Shown: one piece after another, positions 19,013-27,498 of the stretch
How the letters are laid out: every line of letters starts with the position of its first letter
How positions within the stretch are numbered: position 1 is the first letter of the stretch
Assembly: GCA_027624735.1 (NCBI GenBank)
Contig: JAQBTY010000001.1
Location: 1-50,102, forward strand
Direction of reading: 5' to 3'
Origin: Pseudomonadota bacterium
Lineage (GTDB): Bacteria > Pseudomonadota > Alphaproteobacteria > MPNO01 > UBA2964
Length of the DNA stretch: 50,102 nt
Program-made: the position numbers and the translations under genes
Notes under the pieces: generated by a model
Told to the model about the DNA's origin: nothing
The model's input: the letters and a program-made list of their open reading frames with translations, nothing else
The model's database searches: none

Positions 19013-19091
19013 CCCTCCCCCGCAAACGGGGGAGGGGATTATTAAACCACAATCCATCGAGTTCTTTCCCTCCCCCCGTTTCGGGGGGAGG
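19013..19091. repeat. two REP-like hairpins (CCCTCCCCCG-loop-CGGGGGAGGG)
   Basis: A 10-bp perfect stem lies at 19013..19036 (loop caaa). A 10-bp stem lies at 19069..19091 (CCTCCCCCCG ttt CGGGGGGAGG). The same stem sequence recurs at 21661..21684. Confidence 0.6.
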
Positions 19092-19211
19092 CCAGAAGGG
19101 GGGGCCTTGCCACATGATTCCATCAAAAATCATATCGCATTAGTGTTCTGGTTCAGTCAGACTCAGCCTTCAGCGCTGCCCTGAATTCTTCGCGCATGCC
19201 CGGGCCGTGCA

Positions 19212-19718
19212 TTATTTTGTAATCTCGGCCCCCGGCACCAGCTTGAGATCGACAAACACCGGGCCGGGTTCGGCCAGGACGCCATCGATCCGGTCGTTGA
19301 AATCGGACAGGTCGGAGAATTCATGGGTGCTGGCATAGCCCGCCCCCTTGGCCATGGCGGCGAAATTGACCCGTCCCTGACCCGGTATGGGGTGCCCGCC
19401 ATTGGCTTCGTAGGTGCCGTTTTCACACACGAAATGGATCAGATTACGCGGCGCCGCATTGGCGATGGTGACCAGACAGCCGAGATTCATCAACAGGCTG
19501 CCATCGCCATCGAGCAGGATGATCCGCCGATCCGGCATGCCCAGCGCGAAGCCCAGCGCATGCGGCGCGGTCAGCCCCATGGCGCCGGACGAAATATAGT
19601 TGAGCGGGTTAGGCCTGATCGCGATCAGATCGAAGGCCGCAGTATAGGCCGCAACGACGATCTGGTCATCGGGCAGACGGCCGGTCAGGGATTTGATAAC
19701 ATCATCGCGTTTCATCAT
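19212..19718 (-). CDS. TPP-dependent decarboxylase beta subunit (sulfopyruvate/phosphonopyruvate decarboxylase-like)
   Basis: ATG at 19718 (MMKRDDVIKSL) overlaps the stop of the upstream subunit gene (ATGA). TPP motif LDGDGSLLMNLGCLVTIANAAPRNLIHFVCENGTY. About 168 aa, typical of ComE-like subunits. Confidence 0.85.
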   Translation of the reverse strand: MMKRDDVIKSLTGRLPDDQIVVAAYTAAFDLIAIRPNPLNYISSGAMGLTAPHALGFALGMPDRRIILLDGDGSLLMNLGCLVTIANAAPRNLIHFVCENGTYEANGGHPIPGQGRVNFAAMAKGAGYASTHEFSDLSDFNDRIDGVLAEPGPVFVDLKLVPGAEITK

Positions 19719-20284
19719 GACGCAGCTCCCGGTGCGATGGGTGGACGGCCGATCAGCAGCACGATGGGGCAGGAATTCTTGTAGGCCTCGTCGATGGCCG
19801 GGACTATGGCCGCGATATCGTCGTCGCTTTCGATCAGGACGTGCGCCACCCCCATGGCATCGAGGATCGGCTCGATAATACTGACGCCGTATTGTTTCGA
19901 CTCGGTCGGCGCGACGCCGGGTTCCTTGCCCAGCAGACCGACCATCATGCAGATCGGCATCGCATATTCGACCGCGACGGCGCGCACCGCGTTTATGGAA
20001 TCCAGCAGTCCGGTATATTGAAACAGGCATAGCGCGCGATGATCGCAGAAGGACAACGCCGCGCTGATGGCCAGCGCCTCGTCTTCCTTGGATACAAGCA
20101 CATGGCGTAGTTCGTTATCCTGCGAGATGGGACGCAGCAGCCCGGACGCGGTAGTCCTATCCGGCACGGTGACAACAGTCCGCACCCCGCTTTGCTTGAT
20201 GGCGGCGATTATGGCGGCGCCATGCAGCTTGGCGTCGACCGGCGCGATGAGCTTGTTTTCGGTAGACTTGTTTTCGGTAGAAAT
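19715..20284 (-). CDS. TPP-dependent decarboxylase alpha subunit (sulfopyruvate/phosphonopyruvate decarboxylase-like); start codon unresolved
   Basis: The conserved Pyr-domain begins at KLHGAAIIAAIKQSGVRTVVTVPD. The ORF stays open up to 20521, but residues upstream of about 20290 are Arg/Trp-rich and run into the divergent gene's promoter and RBS. There is no in-frame ATG/GTG/TTG between 20421 and 19970. An in-frame ATT at 20284 is preceded by GGGAGGG 4 nt upstream. The end coordinate is therefore provisional; alternatives are 20422 (TTG) and 20467 (ATG). Confidence 0.6.
   Translation of the reverse strand: MSTENKSTENKLIAPVDAKLHGAAIIAAIKQSGVRTVVTVPDRTTASGLLRPISQDNELRHVLVSKEDEALAISAALSFCDHRALCLFQYTGLLDSINAVRAVAVEYAMPICMMVGLLGKEPGVAPTESKQYGVSIIEPILDAMGVAHVLIESDDDIAAIVPAIDEAYKNSCPIVLLIGRPPIAPGAAS
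20252..20281. repeat. perfect 15-bp tandem duplication (CTTGTTTTCGGTAGA x2) inside the 5' end of the alpha-subunit ORF
   Basis: Read directly: 20252..20266 is identical to 20267..20281. It is in frame and encodes STENK-STENK. Confidence 0.9.
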
Positions 20285-20465
20285 GGCGCCCTCCCAGAGC
20301 TGTCCCGCATATTCTTCGCCTAAGCTTGCCCGAATAATTCGATCTAGGCGACCCCTGGCGTGTCTCCAAAAGAACCGGCGCGCCCTTTCGCCCCATCGAC
20401 GGGCGGCGTTAAGATCGGTCAAAATAAAAACACACCGCAGCTCAAGCTCAATCGGAGGAGGTTCC

Positions 20466-21602
20466 ATGTCGTACATCCCGCCCGCCGTCATCGATTCCGA
20501 CGCCCATGTCATCGAAAGCAATCTGACGTGGGACTATCTTGAACCGGCCGAAGCAAAATACCGCCCCAAGATCGTCGTCGACCGCAACAACCCCTCAGTC
20601 AAACGGTGGGACGTCAATGGCGAGATCGGCCCGTTTGTCGTGGAAACCGTGGAATCACCGGACGGTATCGGCACCACGGCGGGAAAATCGGACCGCAATG
20701 TGGGCACCCCGGCCGAAGCGCGCCAACTGCGCGACATATCGGCCCGGCTCGATCACATGGATGCATTGGGCATCGATGTTCAGGTGCTGCACACCACCCT
20801 GTGGCTCTATGCCATGACCACGGACCCCGACGCCGAGGCGGCGATGACGTTCGCCTGGAACAAATGGCTCGCCGCCACCTGGAAGCAAAGCCATAACCGC
20901 CTGCCCTGGTCCTGCCTGGTCCCCATGTTGTCGAACGATGAGGCAATCCGCCAGATGCGCTGGGCTAAGGAGCACGGCGCCGTCGCCATCTTCATGCGGC
21001 CGTGCGAGGCGACCCGCATCGTCACCGACGAATCGTTCTACCCGATTTATGAGGAAGCCCAGAAACTCGATTTGTCCATGGCGGTGCATATAGCCAACGG
21101 CAACCAGGCGAATGTGGAGTTTCTGCACCAGGCCGCGGCGGGCAACAAAGCGCTGCCGTTCAGTGTTTTCCGCATCCCGACCATCACCACCTGCATGCTG
21201 CTGTTGATGAGCGACATCAAGACCATTTTCCCCAGGCTGCGCTGGGGCTTTATCGAATCTTCGGCGCAATGGGTGCCGTGGATCTACAACGAAGCGGCGC
21301 GGCGCATCGAGCTTACCGGTAAACCGGCGCCCGCCGACCTGTTCGAGCAGGCGAATATCTTCATCACCTGCCAGACCGATGACGATCTGCCGTGGGTGCT
21401 GAAATATGCCGGCGAAAACAGCCTGCTGATCGGCACCGATTACGGCCACGGCGATCCGTCAGCGGATATCGATGCGACTGTGGGGATCCGAAACTACGAC
21501 GGCCTCAGCGACCGGATGAAAGACAATATCCTGTTTCACAACCCGAAAAAGCTGTTCGCGCTGGATATCGACGGGAAAGCAGTTCGCAGCGCGGCGGAAT
21601 AG
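20466..21602 (+). CDS. amidohydrolase-2 family metal-dependent hydrolase/decarboxylase (TIM barrel)
   Basis: Internal ATG at 20466 of ORF 20067..21602, preceded by GGAGGAGG. N-terminal VIDSDAHVIE metal-binding pattern and C-terminal IGTDYGHGD, typical of the ACMSD/amidohydrolase_2 family. Confidence 0.8.
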   Translation: MSYIPPAVIDSDAHVIESNLTWDYLEPAEAKYRPKIVVDRNNPSVKRWDVNGEIGPFVVETVESPDGIGTTAGKSDRNVGTPAEARQLRDISARLDHMDALGIDVQVLHTTLWLYAMTTDPDAEAAMTFAWNKWLAATWKQSHNRLPWSCLVPMLSNDEAIRQMRWAKEHGAVAIFMRPCEATRIVTDESFYPIYEEAQKLDLSMAVHIANGNQANVEFLHQAAAGNKALPFSVFRIPTITTCMLLLMSDIKTIFPRLRWGFIESSAQWVPWIYNEAARRIELTGKPAPADLFEQANIFITCQTDDDLPWVLKYAGENSLLIGTDYGHGDPSADIDATVGIRNYDGLSDRMKDNILFHNPKKLFALDIDGKAVRSAAE

Positions 21603-21660
21603 GGCTGGCACGGGCAAAGGCACGCAATTAATGAACCGTGCCGGACCACCCCCACCTCGA

Positions 21661-21750
21661 CCCTCCCCCGCCAGCGGGGGAGGGGGAATTTTTTAATGCC
21701 TTGTTTTTAAATCCCTCCCTCCGTGAAGCGGGGTGAGGTTAGGAGGGGGG
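21661..21750. repeat. REP-like hairpin(s), same family as 19013..19091
   Basis: CCCTCCCCCG-ccag-CGGGGGAGGG forms a perfect 10-bp stem at 21661..21684. A degenerate second copy (CCCTCCCTCCGTGAAGCGGGGTGAGG..GGAGGGGGG) lies at 21713..21750. The region lies between convergent genes. Confidence 0.55.
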
Positions 21751-21759
21751 CTCACCGCT

Positions 21760-22638
21760 TTATTCCGTCCAGAGACGCTCGCCCTCTACGGTGCAGCGGC
21801 GCAGTTGGCGGGGCTGATCGTCGGGCCAGTCGGTGCGGGCATGCAGACAGGCAAGATTGTCCCACATCACCAGATCGCCGGGACGCCAGACATGTTCATA
21901 ATAATTGTCTTCGCGTTCGGTCAAATCGAACAGCTCGCCCAGAATCGCCTCGCTCTCGTTCCGATCCATGCCCTCGATCCACATGGTGTTGAGGCGGGCG
22001 ATATAGAGCGCCTTGCGGCCCGACGACGGGTTGGTGACGATCATCGGCTGACGGTGATGCAGAATATCTTCCAGATTGACGTTGGGATCGACGCGGCGCG
22101 TGTTGCCGTAATCATAGCCCTGCATGACAAAGGCATCCGCCAGCCGCGCCTTTAGCTCATCCCTCATATTGTCGTAGGCGGCATAGAGGCTGGAGAATTT
22201 CGTATGCCCGCCGTCGGTCGGAATCTCGATGCCATAGAGGAACGACACCCGGTGCGGCTTCGGGCGATAGCATTTGTCGGAATGGAACCACATGTCGCCA
22301 TGGCCCAGCGCGCCCAGCGCCGCACCGTTTTCGTCCTTGCGATCGGTGATCAGCATGACGTTGGTCCATTCCGGCCCGGCCGGTATCGGGGTGCCGGGCG
22401 GTGGTATGACACGGGTCGCGATGGGGCCGAAATGATCGGCCAGGCGCAGCTGATCGTCGCTGGACATATCCTGGCCCCGGAACAGCAGCAGGGTATGGTC
22501 GGCCCAGGCCCGCTTGATCTCGGCCAATGTCGCCGCATCAAGATCCTTGCTCAGATCGACGCCACTAACCTCCGCCCCGATCAGGGGATGAAGCGGCGTA
22601 AAGGTGAGGCCGCGCGTTTCCGTAAGCTGAGTTGCCAT
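21760..22638 (-). CDS. TauD/TfdA family Fe(II)/2-oxoglutarate-dependent dioxygenase
   Basis: N-terminus LTFTPLHPLIGAEVSGVDLSK is typical of TauD. H-x-D facial triad in MWFHSDKCY. Distal His/Arg in LACLHARTDW. Confidence 0.9.
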   Translation of the reverse strand: MATQLTETRGLTFTPLHPLIGAEVSGVDLSKDLDAATLAEIKRAWADHTLLLFRGQDMSSDDQLRLADHFGPIATRVIPPPGTPIPAGPEWTNVMLITDRKDENGAALGALGHGDMWFHSDKCYRPKPHRVSFLYGIEIPTDGGHTKFSSLYAAYDNMRDELKARLADAFVMQGYDYGNTRRVDPNVNLEDILHHRQPMIVTNPSSGRKALYIARLNTMWIEGMDRNESEAILGELFDLTEREDNYYEHVWRPGDLVMWDNLACLHARTDWPDDQPRQLRRCTVEGERLWTE

Positions 22639-22931
22639 GTTTTGCTCCGATCGACCGAAAGTTCCGACTGAGAGTACAGTGTAATGGATTGTTTTCGGTA
22701 AAAGAAAGTCCTTCAGGGTTCATTGTCCTTATGGAACTCAGGCCGTTGGCGGCCAGGCAAGAAACATTTTTCTTGAAAAGAGTAATAAATTAGAGTTACT
22801 TGTCCGGTGTCGGGGTCTTGATTTCTTCACTATCGGGACCCAGATCGTAATGTACACAGTTGGCGCCGGCCTTATGGCGGCGCCGCTCGGTAAGCCCTCT
22901 GGTTGAGTTATCACAACGTTAGGAGGATTTG

Positions 22932-23135
22932 ATGAGCCTGTTACAAGAAGCCGCTTTTGCGCATTTACTACCCGAATATGAGCGTGCCTTTGGCGAGCCA
23001 CCGCCCGATTCGATGACGGATGTCGACGATTTGGTTGATTATATGCGCGAACGGCTGCGCACGGCGCCGCGCCGGGAACTCGCTTTTCTCGACGGCATCC
23101 CGGAGCGACGATCAGGCAAGGATGTGTTTCGGTAA
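22932..23135 (+). CDS. small hypothetical protein (67 aa)
   Basis: AGGAGG at 22921..22926 lies 5 nt upstream of the ATG at 22932. Amino-acid composition is reasonable (acidic, helical: LVDYMRERLRTAP). No recognisable motif. It follows a 290-bp AT-rich intergenic region. Confidence 0.5.
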   Translation: MSLLQEAAFAHLLPEYERAFGEPPPDSMTDVDDLVDYMRERLRTAPRRELAFLDGIPERRSGKDVFR

Positions 23136-23163
23136 CCGGGCTCGGAGGGATCTCCCCCCTCGC

Positions 23164-24102
23164 TTAGCCGACCAGGTCCAGCGTGCTTTCGGGGAACAGC
23201 TCCTCGACTGAGTATTTGCGCGTCGTGATCAGCTGATCGAAGGCGGTCTGGGTCAGCGCTTCCAATCCTTTGCGGTTGGGGGCCAGGCCGTACGGGAACG
23301 GATCGCCATCCAACCCGTTCTCAAGCTTCACCGTTAGCGCATCTTCCGCCGACAAATCGCCCGACCGATCCAGATTGGCGAAATAGGCATCCTTGGATGT
23401 CTTGAGCGCGTTGAACAGATCGACCGCCAATGTAGGATATTCCGCCAACAGCTCGTCACGCACGACGATGGAATGATTGCCGGGATAGACACCTGTCTTG
23501 CGGTAGGATGCGAACCCTGCTTCATCGGCATTGGGAATGAGCAATTCGACATTGGGCACCGGCTTGGGGAGCGTGCCCACGGCCGCGACGATCTTGCCCT
23601 CGGCAAACAGCTCGCCCATGTCACGGCCCATGAAGTTATAGTCCGCAAAGGGCGGCAGCTTGAATTCCGCCACGTGCTCGTCATCGGTGCACACCCAATG
23701 GATCTTGCTCAGATCGACCCCGTAATCGAGGGTCAGCACCGAGCGCGCCCAGACCCCGGTCGTCACCGTATAGCCGCGCACCACGCCAACGGTCTTGCCT
23801 TCCAAATCCTTCGGCGACTTTATCCCCGCCGTTGTGTCGTAATGGATGGCGCCATGATGAAAGTTGCGCGTGATGAACAGCGGCAGCGCGGTGAATTTCT
23901 TGCCGTACTCCTTGGCGCAGATGTAGGTGGTGAACGGCATCTCGCAGATATCGTAGGCGAGTTCCCGCACCATCTTGCGCGCCGCCTCCAGAATATTCTT
24001 GTGCGCCAGATAGTCCAGATTGATCTGGTCGTTCAGTTTACTGACCGTCTTCATCTGGCGCATCAGCCCGTAATCCCGGGTGGACATATTGAGTGTCGGC
24101 AT
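23164..24102 (-). CDS. SBP-fold protein without signal peptide, 4,5-dihydroxyphthalate decarboxylase (PhtD)-like
   Basis: ATG at 24102 (MPTLNMSTRDYG) with AAGGGGGA upstream. The segment NFHHGAIHYDTTAGIKSPKDLEGKTVGVVRGYTVTTGVWARSVL parallels the PhtD-family pattern (AFRHSAIYVR..GI..P.DLKGK.IGV) recalled from memory. No leader peptide and no ABC transporter genes nearby. Confidence 0.6.
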   Translation of the reverse strand: MPTLNMSTRDYGLMRQMKTVSKLNDQINLDYLAHKNILEAARKMVRELAYDICEMPFTTYICAKEYGKKFTALPLFITRNFHHGAIHYDTTAGIKSPKDLEGKTVGVVRGYTVTTGVWARSVLTLDYGVDLSKIHWVCTDDEHVAEFKLPPFADYNFMGRDMGELFAEGKIVAAVGTLPKPVPNVELLIPNADEAGFASYRKTGVYPGNHSIVVRDELLAEYPTLAVDLFNALKTSKDAYFANLDRSGDLSAEDALTVKLENGLDGDPFPYGLAPNRKGLEALTQTAFDQLITTRKYSVEELFPESTLDLVG

Positions 24103-24241
24103 GGTGTTGATCCCCCTTAAATCTCGTTTTCTGAAACTACTTCTACTCCAAACACTGAGCATCGGCAAAATCACACTTATGCATTTTCACCGGTTGCGGT
24201 AAGATGACGCCATACCCTCCAGCGACCATGAGGAGCGTGTC

Positions 24242-24712
24242 ATGAAAAAGCTGAAAATGGGCCATCTCGGCCTCCATGTGCGGAACCTGGAAGAGGAAAT
24301 TAAATTCCTCGAACTGCTCGGCGCCGAGGTGACCAGCATCGACGCCCTGGGGCGCGGACGCATCGCCTTCGTCAGCCTTGATGGAGAATGGCACCACAAT
24401 TTCGCCCTGTTCGAAGACGGCACCCCGCTCGCAAGCGGCGATTCCCAAAAAGAAAAGCAGGGCATCGATCACATCGCCATGGCCACCGACAGCCGCGAAT
24501 CCGTAAACGAATGGGTCGAAAAGCTCACCGCCAACGGCATCAAAGTCAAGGGCCCGCAGATCCAGGGTCCAGAAGGCGGCGGGCTCGACAATGGCAGCTC
24601 CAGCTACACTATTTTTTTCAACGACCCCAACGGCATCTGCTTCGAAATCTTCGCCGACGCCGACACGGTGACCAAATTCCGCGAACGGGTGGCTGCACGG
24701 GCGAAAGCGTAA
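24242..24712 (+). CDS. VOC family protein (glyoxalase/extradiol dioxygenase fold)
   Basis: GAGGAG Shine-Dalgarno. MGHLGLHVRNLEEEIKF and IDHIAMATDS..ICFEIFAD are beta-alpha-beta-beta-beta module signatures with metal-ligand His/Glu positions. Confidence 0.8.
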   Translation: MKKLKMGHLGLHVRNLEEEIKFLELLGAEVTSIDALGRGRIAFVSLDGEWHHNFALFEDGTPLASGDSQKEKQGIDHIAMATDSRESVNEWVEKLTANGIKVKGPQIQGPEGGGLDNGSSSYTIFFNDPNGICFEIFADADTVTKFRERVAARAKA

Positions 24713-24719
24713 GGCGGAG

Positions 24720-25760
24720 CTACCCCACCACGCTCAGATGATCATCCAGGATCGGTTCGAACTTGGCGGGATCGCCGCGCCCCAAACCGCATTCCGCCGC
24801 CACGCCTGAGATTTTGGCGTAATTTTGCGCGGTTTCGAGTTTGCCGGCGCTCGCTTTGGCATCCCCCACGTGGATCAGACCAAGATAGAGGGCGGTCGCA
24901 GCCGGCAGCTTCAGGCCGGTGAGCGGCTTGAAATAATCGTCGTCATTGCGGTCCTTGGGGACCGGCATGTGGATGTACTGCACCGGGCGGGACACGGCCT
25001 TGACGATGCCGTTGGCGATATCCACCAAGTTTGTCATGTCCCTGGGCAGGATCATGTGTTCGTCCTTGGGGCTGCCGTAACAGAGGTGATAGCCCACGTC
25101 CATGTCGGGCGGCACCATGTCGCCGATGCGGCCCAGCACCGAAAATATCTGGTCCTGGTAGCCCGGAAACTGGTCGTAATAGCCTTCCCACATGAGCACT
25201 TCCTGGCACACGTCCCACTGGTACGAGATGCGGTTGTGCGGCAGGGCGGCGGCGATTTTTTTGAATTCGTCGGCCAGATGCGCGGTGTAGATTTCGATGA
25301 ACGGCTCATAGACCGAGGGCGCCATGAAATTGTAGGCGATGGCCAGCGGCGTCGCCATGCAGATCTGGTATTTGACCCCGGCGGGGATGATTCCATCTGC
25401 CTGTAGCTTGTCGAAGGTGGCGAAGTTGCGGATCGCGTCGTCGGCATAGCCGGTATTGAAGGTCACGATAGCCGGATCGACACCATCGGCAAAGGTGAGG
25501 CGGGCGATCTCATAGACCACCTTGCCGTCATATTGGGTGAACTGGAACGGCGGGATCGATGTGTCTACCTCGAACGCCGGATTAGCCTTGAGCTGGTCGT
25601 TTATAAAACTGATCCAGCGCTGCCGCCGGCCGGTTTCGCCATCGGGAATGCGTTGCACGTGGCCGCCGATACGGCTGCCCAGCGTGCGGAAAACCGCTTC
25701 CGCGTCATCCAGCGGTATGCTGCCCACCATGTGAATGATCGGATGATCGTGATCGGCCAT
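24720..25760 (-). CDS. MetE C-terminal-like (cobalamin-independent methionine synthase/UROD fold) zinc enzyme, function unknown
   Basis: AGGGAG Shine-Dalgarno. H-x-C motif (GYHLCYGSP) and C-terminal AAECGLGRG (compare MetE D-C-G-L) suggest the MetE-type Zn site. 346 aa, with no TM helix or signal peptide. Confidence 0.55.
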   Translation of the reverse strand: MADHDHPIIHMVGSIPLDDAEAVFRTLGSRIGGHVQRIPDGETGRRQRWISFINDQLKANPAFEVDTSIPPFQFTQYDGKVVYEIARLTFADGVDPAIVTFNTGYADDAIRNFATFDKLQADGIIPAGVKYQICMATPLAIAYNFMAPSVYEPFIEIYTAHLADEFKKIAAALPHNRISYQWDVCQEVLMWEGYYDQFPGYQDQIFSVLGRIGDMVPPDMDVGYHLCYGSPKDEHMILPRDMTNLVDIANGIVKAVSRPVQYIHMPVPKDRNDDDYFKPLTGLKLPAATALYLGLIHVGDAKASAGKLETAQNYAKISGVAAECGLGRGDPAKFEPILDDHLSVVG

Positions 25761-25927
25761 GGATTTGCTCCCTTTAAAATTTTGGCTTTCAGCCCTTGCG
25801 GCAAATTATGCACCAGCACGCGGGCCGCGCCAAATGCCACAGGCCCGACACGGAGGCCCGACACAGGGTTGTGAGGGACCTCCCCCCTATGGCAAGCTTC
25901 CTCCGTATCAACAAGGGAGAATTCATA

Positions 25928-26971
25928 ATGCGCAATATTATTGCAACCGCGGCGGCGACCATCGCGGTCACCGGTATGGTGCTGGGTAGCGCCGCCACGC
26001 CTGTTTTCGCGCAGGGAAAAGTCTATACGCTGAAGGTCGCGTCTTTCACGCCGAAAAGATCTGCGACATCGCGCTGGTTCGAAAAAGCCAAGATTGATCT
26101 GGCGGCGCAATCGAACGGCCGGCTCAAGCTCGAAATGTATTATGGCTCCTCCATGGGTCCGATGCCGCGCCATTACGATCTGGCGCGCACCGGTGTCGCC
26201 GATATGGCGTTCTTTCAGCATGGCGTCACGCGTGGACGGTTCCCGCTGACCGAGCTGACCCACAGCCCCTATCTGGTGCCGCCCGGCGCCAAGGGCTCGC
26301 TGGTGGCGACCCAGATCGCTGCCGATCTGAAGGACAAGTATCTGGCGAAAGAGCATAAGGGCACCAAGTTGCTCTGGGTCGTCTACAACCGGCCGTCGGG
26401 TGTCTATGAAACCAAAAAGCCGATCCGGTCGGTCGCGGATCTGAAAGGCCGGCGCTACCGGGCGCCGACGCCCACCGATGTGGCGATGCTGAAGGCGCTG
26501 GGTGCGCTGCCCATCGGCATGCCGGCGACCCACATGGCGGAATCGCTTCAGAAGGGCACCATCGACGGGGTGGTCACCGATCCCATGGGCGTGTTCTCGT
26601 TCAAACTCGGCTCGCTGGTCAACCATTACACCAACATGTTCGTCTCGGTGATCAGCTTCGGGCTGGTGATGAACCCGAAATCCTACGCCAATCTGCCGCC
26701 CGATCTGCAGAAGATGATCGATGCGCTGGGGACCAAGGAAAGCGCGGTCCGCATGGCGACAATGTCATGGTCGGATTTTCCCGCCTTCACCAAATACATG
26801 GGCAACCTCAAGCTTGAAACCGTTCAAATGAGCGCCAGCGCCGAGGCGGAAATGCGTTCCCTCGCCAAGAAGGTCATGAACGACCGTATCGCGGGGATGG
26901 AAAAGAAGGGCCTGCCGGCGCGCAAGGTCTATGGCGAGATGAAGGTGCTAGCGGCGAAGTACTCCAAGTAG
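25928..26971 (+). CDS. TRAP transporter substrate-binding protein (DctP family)
   Basis: Internal ATG at 25928 after AAGGGAGA. Signal peptide MRNIIATAAATIAVTGMVLGSAATPVFAQG. It lies immediately upstream of the DctQ/DctM-type permease genes. Confidence 0.85.
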   Translation: MRNIIATAAATIAVTGMVLGSAATPVFAQGKVYTLKVASFTPKRSATSRWFEKAKIDLAAQSNGRLKLEMYYGSSMGPMPRHYDLARTGVADMAFFQHGVTRGRFPLTELTHSPYLVPPGAKGSLVATQIAADLKDKYLAKEHKGTKLLWVVYNRPSGVYETKKPIRSVADLKGRRYRAPTPTDVAMLKALGALPIGMPATHMAESLQKGTIDGVVTDPMGVFSFKLGSLVNHYTNMFVSVISFGLVMNPKSYANLPPDLQKMIDALGTKESAVRMATMSWSDFPAFTKYMGNLKLETVQMSASAEAEMRSLAKKVMNDRIAGMEKKGLPARKVYGEMKVLAAKYSK

Positions 26972-26988
26972 CCAATCGGTAAACCCGC

Positions 26989-27498
26989 ATGATCGACCTA
27001 GTCAGTGCGGCGGCGCGGTTTCTAACCCGCGTCGCCGCCGTCTTTCTACTGGCCATGGTGGCGATAAACGTCGTCGATGTGGGGCTGCGCGAGGGGTTGA
27101 ACGCGCCCATCTTCGGCACCCATGAGATCGTCGTGTTCATGCTGGCGGCGGTGGCCTTTCTCGCCATTCCCGAAGTGTTCCTGCGCGATCAGCACATCAC
27201 CATCGAGCTGATCGACCAGGTGATCCCGGACCGCGCCGCCAACTGGCTGCGCGCTTTTGGCTCATTGTGCGCGCTGGTCTACATCGTGCTGCTGGCCTGG
27301 TTCATGGGACAGCCCGCGCTGGATTATATAGAATTCAATGAAATAACCATGGATCTGCAGATACCGCTTATCTGGCAGGCCGCCCTGATCCTGACCGGTA
27401 TGGCCACCGCCGCGATTGCCGCCTTTGTTCTGTTGCTGCGCGATATTGGCCGCGCCACAGGGCAGGACGGGGGGCGGGACGGGAGGCGCACCGAATGA
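26989..27498 (+). CDS. TRAP transporter small permease (DctQ family)
   Basis: 169 aa with 4 hydrophobic helices. It is positioned between the DctP-like and DctM-like genes and overlaps the DctM start by 4 nt. Confidence 0.85.
   Translation: MIDLVSAAARFLTRVAAVFLLAMVAINVVDVGLREGLNAPIFGTHEIVVFMLAAVAFLAIPEVFLRDQHITIELIDQVIPDRAANWLRAFGSLCALVYIVLLAWFMGQPALDYIEFNEITMDLQIPLIWQAALILTGMATAAIAAFVLLLRDIGRATGQDGGRDGRRTE

Noticed and set aside
18852-19184. ORFs 18852..19133 (-) and 18978..19184 (+)
   Set aside because: Both are translated straight through the CCCTCCCCCG/CGGGGGAGGG hairpins (..NPPPQTGEG..), so they are REP-derived artefacts.
19013-21750. Possible CRISPR array, considered because of the recurring GC-rich palindromic repeat
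   Set aside because: Only 3-4 copies exist and they are 2.6 kb apart. There is no regular repeat-spacer periodicity and no cas genes.
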